DNA from: Candidatus Zipacnadia bacterium | GTDB taxonomy: Bacteria; Armatimonadota; Zipacnadia; Zipacnadales; Zipacnadaceae | Assembly (NCBI GenBank): GCA_029820565.1 | Contig: JALGUR010000003.1 | Location: 3,304 to 67,303, forward strand | DNA length: 64,000 nucleotides | Reading direction: 5' to 3' | In this document: piece by piece, positions 60,324-64,000 of the stretch | How the letters are laid out: each line of letters starts with the position of its first letter | Numbering within the stretch: the first letter of the stretch is position 1 | Program-made: the position numbers and the translations under genes | Notes under the pieces: model-generated | Seen by the model: only the letters and a program-made list of their open reading frames with translations | What the model was told of the DNA's origin: nothing | Databases searched by the model: none

Positions 60324-60709
60324 AATGATTCACCGCTTCAAATAATTAGGTTTATCAGTTCAACCTGATTGGTTTAGATACTGTTCCCCAGACCGTGCCG
60401 TTGACCTCCTTGCTTGCTCGGGAATTCAGGCGGCGGGTATGCGGCGACATCGGCGGAGAAAGCCGCTGCAGGGGCTGGGTTGGGCAATTGGGCCTGACTC
60501 AGATTTCGGGCAGGCCGTCGCTTCCGCATCCATCAACCAATTTTAGTATACCACAGCCCAATCGGTCTGTCAATGCCCCTGTGCCTTCCCGATTGGTGCT
60601 GGTTGGCGTTATAATGGGGTTGTGGAGCGGCCCGTGAGGCCGGGCATATTGGTAGAAACCCTGTGCCGGCGGTGATAACGGGTACGATAGGCGTCTGCGA
60701 CGAGAATTC

Positions 60710-61471
60710 ATGGCGGCGGCAAGAGAGGAGACAATGATGACTGAATGGCAGCGCAAACTCTACTTCGGAGATAATTTGGATATTCTGCGCGAGTATGTGG
60801 CCGAGGAGAGGAGGGAGACCCCCCTGTATCCCCCCGCAAGCGGGGGGAAGGGAATTGCTGCGGGTCGGTCGGTAGACGGGGGGAGGAGTGGGCCCCCCCT
60901 GTGTGCCCCCGCAAGCGGGGGGAAGGGAATTTCGGCGGGTCGGTCGGTAGACGGGGGGAGGAGTGAGACCCCCCTGTGTCCCCCCGCAAGCGGGGGGAAG
61001 GGGCAGGGCAGCGTTCGCTCCCTCCCCGCTTGCGGGGAGGGTAGGGTGGGGTCCCGCCCCGTCGGCGGTAAGAAGAAAGGGGCCGACAAGGGCGTAGACG
61101 GCTATATCTACTTCTTTGATGATGACTCCGGCCAGGCTAAGAAGATCGTCGTGCAGGTCAAAGGCGGGGGTGTGGGGTCTCCGCAGGTATCGCAACTTAG
61201 AGGTATGATGGAACGTGAGAAGGCCGAAATCGGGGCGTTTATCACCCTGCGAGAGCCGACCGACCCGATGAAGAAAGAAGCGGCGGCGGGATTCTATGAC
61301 CCGACCGGCCTGCTGCCGCCGGTGCCGCGCCTCCAGATATTGACCATTGAGGGATTGCTATCCGGCCAGAAACTACAATACCCGAAGGTGGAGGTCGCCA
61401 CCTTCAAAAAAGCCCCGCGGCAGAGGAAAGGCCAAGCGGCAAAGCAGCAGTCCAGAATAGCCGCAAAATGA
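60710..61471 (+). pseudogene. Remnant of an N6/N4 DNA-methyltransferase with an Mrr-like nuclease domain; the catalytic core is replaced by tandem repeats and the ORF remains open
   Basis: The N-terminal WQRKLYFGDNLDILREYV is the usual leader of beta-class N6_N4 methylases, but no DPPF/Y or FxGxG motif follows. Aa 36-100 are encoded by the repeats. The C-terminal GADKGVDGYIYFFDD...KIVVQVKGG is a PD-(D/E)xK (Mrr-cat-like) motif. Confidence 0.6.
60816..61003. repeat. 75-bp tandem repeat, about 2.5 copies, each with a CCCCCCGCAAGCGGGGGG hairpin
   Basis: The units lie at 60816-60890 and 60891-60965, with a partial unit at 60966-61003. A related hairpin CTCCCCGCTTGCGGGGAG follows at 61020-61037. 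A 75-nt unit is 25 codons (TPLYPPASGGKGIAAGRSVDGGRSG). Confidence 0.85.
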
Positions 61472-61528
61472 CACAGGAGGCCCGTAGACGGTCATAACAC
61501 GCGCCGAGAGCGCAAAGGAGACGATCAC

Positions 61529-61948
61529 ATGACAGGTAACGAGGAGCTGCAGACCTCAGAGCAGACCGAGATGCCAACTTGGAGCAAGAAAGCAAGCTGG
61601 CTGATTGCTGGCTACTTGGGGGTGTGGGTGTATTTGGTTGTAGGCGTGACGATTGGCCTATATTTGGACGAGGAGACTCTTGCCCACATGTCGAGCGGCG
61701 AGGGAGTCGGCCTTGCAGCTGTGATCTCGTTCGTTGGCGCACTATTCGGGCTGATCATCGGCGATTACACACATAGGGAAGTACAGTTTAACGACGAGCC
61801 CCCTTCGGCGTCGCGTGTAGCCGTTATTGGGGCCATGTCGTTAGGTCGGCTCTTCCCAATCGCAGGCCATGCAATGGGGTACATAGGTGGCCTTGCCACC
61901 TATGGCTGGTGGCGGCTGCTCTTCGGCGGTAAGGTTGCGACGAAGTAA
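61529..61948 (+). CDS. Small membrane protein, hypothetical
   Basis: 139-aa ORF with the RBS AAAGGAGA and three to four hydrophobic segments. No family recognised. Confidence 0.55.
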   Translation: MTGNEELQTSEQTEMPTWSKKASWLIAGYLGVWVYLVVGVTIGLYLDEETLAHMSSGEGVGLAAVISFVGALFGLIIGDYTHREVQFNDEPPSASRVAVIGAMSLGRLFPIAGHAMGYIGGLATYGWWRLLFGGKVATK

Positions 61949-62222
61949 AGCCCCTATGTGAGCGTCCCAGTGAAAGCAGGCCCCAGCACACAGCAGGCCG
62001 TAGACGGCCTGCAGCAGGAGTTTCTCGGTTACTAGAAGCAGGTCTTTCCGACTAATATGGCAAACATTACAGGAGTCCCAGACCTTGAGGTGACCGGCAA
62101 GTGGGCGGTCAGGCAAGCGGCAGACGAGCAGTAGCGGGAGAATAGAATGATGAATTGGCACCGGCTCGGCAGGTTGGCAATAGGCAGTAGGCATCAGTGC
62201 CTACGAGGAGGCGGCGAATACT

Positions 62223-62681
62223 GTGGCTAATCGCATCTTGCTGGTAGATGACAGCCGGGAATTTGTGGCGACGCTCAAGCTCTTCCTGGAGCACAAGGGT
62301 TTCGAAGTGGCCGGCGCCTACGACGGGGCCCAAGGCTTGCAGCGAGTGAAAGAACAGATACCTGACCTTATTATACTCGATGTAATGATGCCGAAACTGG
62401 ACGGCTGGTCCACTCTCACGCGCCTACAGAGTGACGAGGCAACTGCGCAAATCCCGGTATTGATGCTTACGGTTCTTGGTGAGTCGCGTTCCGTCAAAAT
62501 AAGCTATGACCTGGGTTGCACCTGGTTCTACAGCAAGCCGATAGCCGACCTCGAGGACCTGTTTCTCGTTGTCCGCCGTATCTTGGAAACTACCCACGCT
62601 GGCCAAGATGAAGATGATAGGCCGCGGGCTAACGGGCAAGCCGGGGGGCTAATAAACAACAAGGAGGATAGCAATGAATAG
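62223..62681 (+). CDS. Single-domain CheY-like response regulator (paralog of 27212-27595)
   Basis: 152-aa ORF with a GTG start. It has ILLVDDS, LIILDVMMPKLDG, VLMLTV and DLGCTWFYSKPI, plus an acidic/basic C-terminal tail. Confidence 0.85.
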   Translation: MANRILLVDDSREFVATLKLFLEHKGFEVAGAYDGAQGLQRVKEQIPDLIILDVMMPKLDGWSTLTRLQSDEATAQIPVLMLTVLGESRSVKISYDLGCTWFYSKPIADLEDLFLVVRRILETTHAGQDEDDRPRANGQAGGLINNKEDSNE

Positions 62682-63204
62682 GAAACAGTTTGCCACTATG
62701 TTGGCGGTCGTAGCCGTGGCCGGTCTGATGGGAGGGGCTTTGTCGGACCTGCTGAGAGGGGAAGCGGTGTTCGCGCAAACGGAAGTTGCGAAAGTGGTTA
62801 AGGCGGAGGAGTTTTGCGTGGTGGACGCCGAGGGTGAGGCTCGGGCAACTCTCCGCGTGTTCTCGAACGGGACAGTGGGACTGGCCCTGATGCACGATGA
62901 CCTGCTGCCCCGGATACTGATGGCGGTCCTACCGGACGGCAGGCCGATGCTGAAACTGGTGGACGAAGAGCAGAACTCTCGAGTGCTCATCGTGGCCATG
63001 CCCGATGGCAGTTATGGCCTAACGCTGTTGGACCACAACGGCAAATACCGCGCCCTGCTGGGGGTGGGGTCCGATGGGAATCCCGGGCTGCAAATGAAAG
63101 ACGATGAGGAGCGCGATCGGATCCTCAGCGGAATTATGCTCAGCGGAAGCCCGACGCTCAGGCTATTGGACGAGAATGGTGAACTTGTCTGGTCGGCCCC
63201 GTAG
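62674..63204 (+). CDS. Secreted protein with about four short beta-strand repeats, hypothetical
   Basis: 176-aa ORF with AGGAGG 6 nt upstream and an 8-nt overlap with the response-regulator gene. It has a signal peptide or anchor (MLAVVAVAGLMGGAL). The repeats have the form x-L-x-L-x-D-x-x-G-x-x-R-a-x-L. Confidence 0.6.
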   Translation: MNRKQFATMLAVVAVAGLMGGALSDLLRGEAVFAQTEVAKVVKAEEFCVVDAEGEARATLRVFSNGTVGLALMHDDLLPRILMAVLPDGRPMLKLVDEEQNSRVLIVAMPDGSYGLTLLDHNGKYRALLGVGSDGNPGLQMKDDEERDRILSGIMLSGSPTLRLLDENGELVWSAP

Positions 63205-63417
63205 TCGTCTTTGCACTAACACAGCAAAGGCTACAGCACAATGGCGCGCCTTGAGATGAGCGGCAAGCCGGCGGGGGAGAAGGAAGCGGCAGACGAGCAG
63301 CCCGGAATAGCTATGAACGCCAGGCGGCCCGTAGACGGCCTGTTTTGAGGAGGGGAAGGATTATTGGTAGGGGTAGATAGCCGCGGCTGATAGGAAACGA
63401 TTGGCGGGTCTTTCCAG

Positions 63418-63843
63418 TTAGACCCGCCTTGACCGACGGCCTTTTCGTGGGGAAGTATAGATCTGATAACAGCGGGTTGGGGCACAGTCCGTCAGCATTA
63501 CGCGGTGGAGGTCTTTGCCGGCCCACCGGCCAGCGAGGAAATACGCAACTACTAGTTGAGTAGGAGTATCACGATATGCTTCGGCGCCCTCTTTATCCTT
63601 GCCTTTGCCCTTACCCTTACCTTTGCCTTTGCCCTTACCTTTGCCGCCGCCTGGGGGAGATTCGCGGGTATCGATAGCCGTATCAAAGGCCTCAGCGGAG
63701 TCTGACACCGACCTCTGGGCGTGTGCACTCAACTGAGCCCAGATCACAGCCGCTGTTACCACGATCACAACGATAATTATCGCGTACTCTACCGTGGTCA
63801 TACCGGCTTTGTCGCGCTGGAGGATGTTGTTCTGTTTCCGCAA
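63418..63843 (-). CDS. Flp/Fap-family type IVb pilin-like protein with a (GK)n-containing C-terminal extension
   Basis: It has the prepilin motif KAG/MTTVEYAIIIVVIVV (G-xxxxEY plus a hydrophobic helix). A (GK)7 run is encoded by hexanucleotide repeats at about 63595-63650. At 141 aa it is much longer than typical Flp pilins. Confidence 0.6.
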   Translation of the reverse strand: MRKQNNILQRDKAGMTTVEYAIIIVVIVVTAAVIWAQLSAHAQRSVSDSAEAFDTAIDTRESPPGGGKGKGKGKGKGKGKGKDKEGAEAYRDTPTQLVVAYFLAGRWAGKDLHRVMLTDCAPTRCYQIYTSPRKGRRSRRV

Positions 63844-64000
63844 TGTGCTTTGCCTGTTAGTCTGCGAGGTATATTCAGTCCGGATTTCTTATGCCAAAAC
63901 CTCTGATGAGTCTACCCAGGAAAGAGTGGCATGAAACCTCACCCCAAAAGGAACTGACCAGCTGGGCGCGCTCTGGGATGCGCCTGTGAACCTACCATAG

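Noticed and set aside
60816-61003. Possible CRISPR array
   Set aside because: The units are directly contiguous 75-mers with no unique spacers, and there are only 2.5 copies. No cas genes are in the window. This is a tandem repeat, not a CRISPR array.
60533-61195. 220-aa ORF on the - strand across the repeat region
   Set aside because: It is kept open only by the GC-rich 75-bp repeats (the peptide repeats PACGGTQGG). The + strand frame carries recognisable methylase and nuclease termini, so the minus-strand ORF is treated as an artefact.
62057-62134. 25-aa ORF (MANITGVPDLEVTGKWAVRQAADEQ) and its 35-aa relative at 63241-63348, considered as possible small peptides or RiPP precursors
   Set aside because: Neither has a Shine-Dalgarno sequence. 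The shared part aligns to the 3' end of the methylase remnant, so they are most simply decayed gene-end fragments.
61380-63430. Integron-like cassette array (CALIN)
   Set aside because: The same-strand cassettes with repeated boundaries are suggestive, and one GTTAGAC core exists at about 63416. However, I could not find paired R''/L''-L'/R' attC architecture, and no intI is in the window. I reported it only as a repeat-delimited cassette region.

Overview
High-GC (about 60% by spot counts) bacterial chromosomal window that spans the replication origin. dnaA, dnaN, an epimerase gene, recF and a DUF721 (DciA-type) gene lie on the minus strand. DnaA-box clusters sit on both sides of dnaA, and rsmG-parA-parB with a perfect parS lies about 25 kb to the left. 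Most of the window is housekeeping or central metabolism: dgoD, eno, ppdK, mazG, folC, pyrE, rtcB, trmO, a FixABCX/Etf operon, a CDF transporter, a Wzc-type tyrosine kinase, UPF0182, GH4 and GH29 glycosidases. I found no tRNA, rRNA, CRISPR array, transposase or integrase. Six things stand out. (1) A tightly coupled gene pair at 50.1-52.3 kb encodes a QueC-like PP-loop/Zn-cluster enzyme and a Met-Gly-initiated partner. It resembles the QatB/QatC core of the Qat defence system but has no ATPase or TatD nuclease partner nearby. This is my best candidate for an undescribed system. (2) A low-GC islet at 27.6-30.4 kb has a textbook sigma70 promoter, a roughly 200-nt leader, a small ORF, and a 629-aa protein with a zinc ribbon and a papain-fold cysteine peptidase domain. 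(3) A diverged copy of the eno 5' end is translationally coupled (ATGA) to the GH29 fucosidase gene, which sits directly upstream of the intact eno. (4) A DNA-methyltransferase gene has lost its catalytic core to 2.5 in-frame 75-bp GC-hairpin repeats but keeps an intact Mrr-like nuclease domain. It is followed by same-strand cassettes delimited by copies of its own 3' end. (5) A 12-bp x7 minisatellite ends 5 nt from the start codon of the DUF721 gene. (6) A 580-nt non-coding tract next to parS is only about 10% G on the + strand. All functional calls come from motif recognition by eye; no database search was possible.
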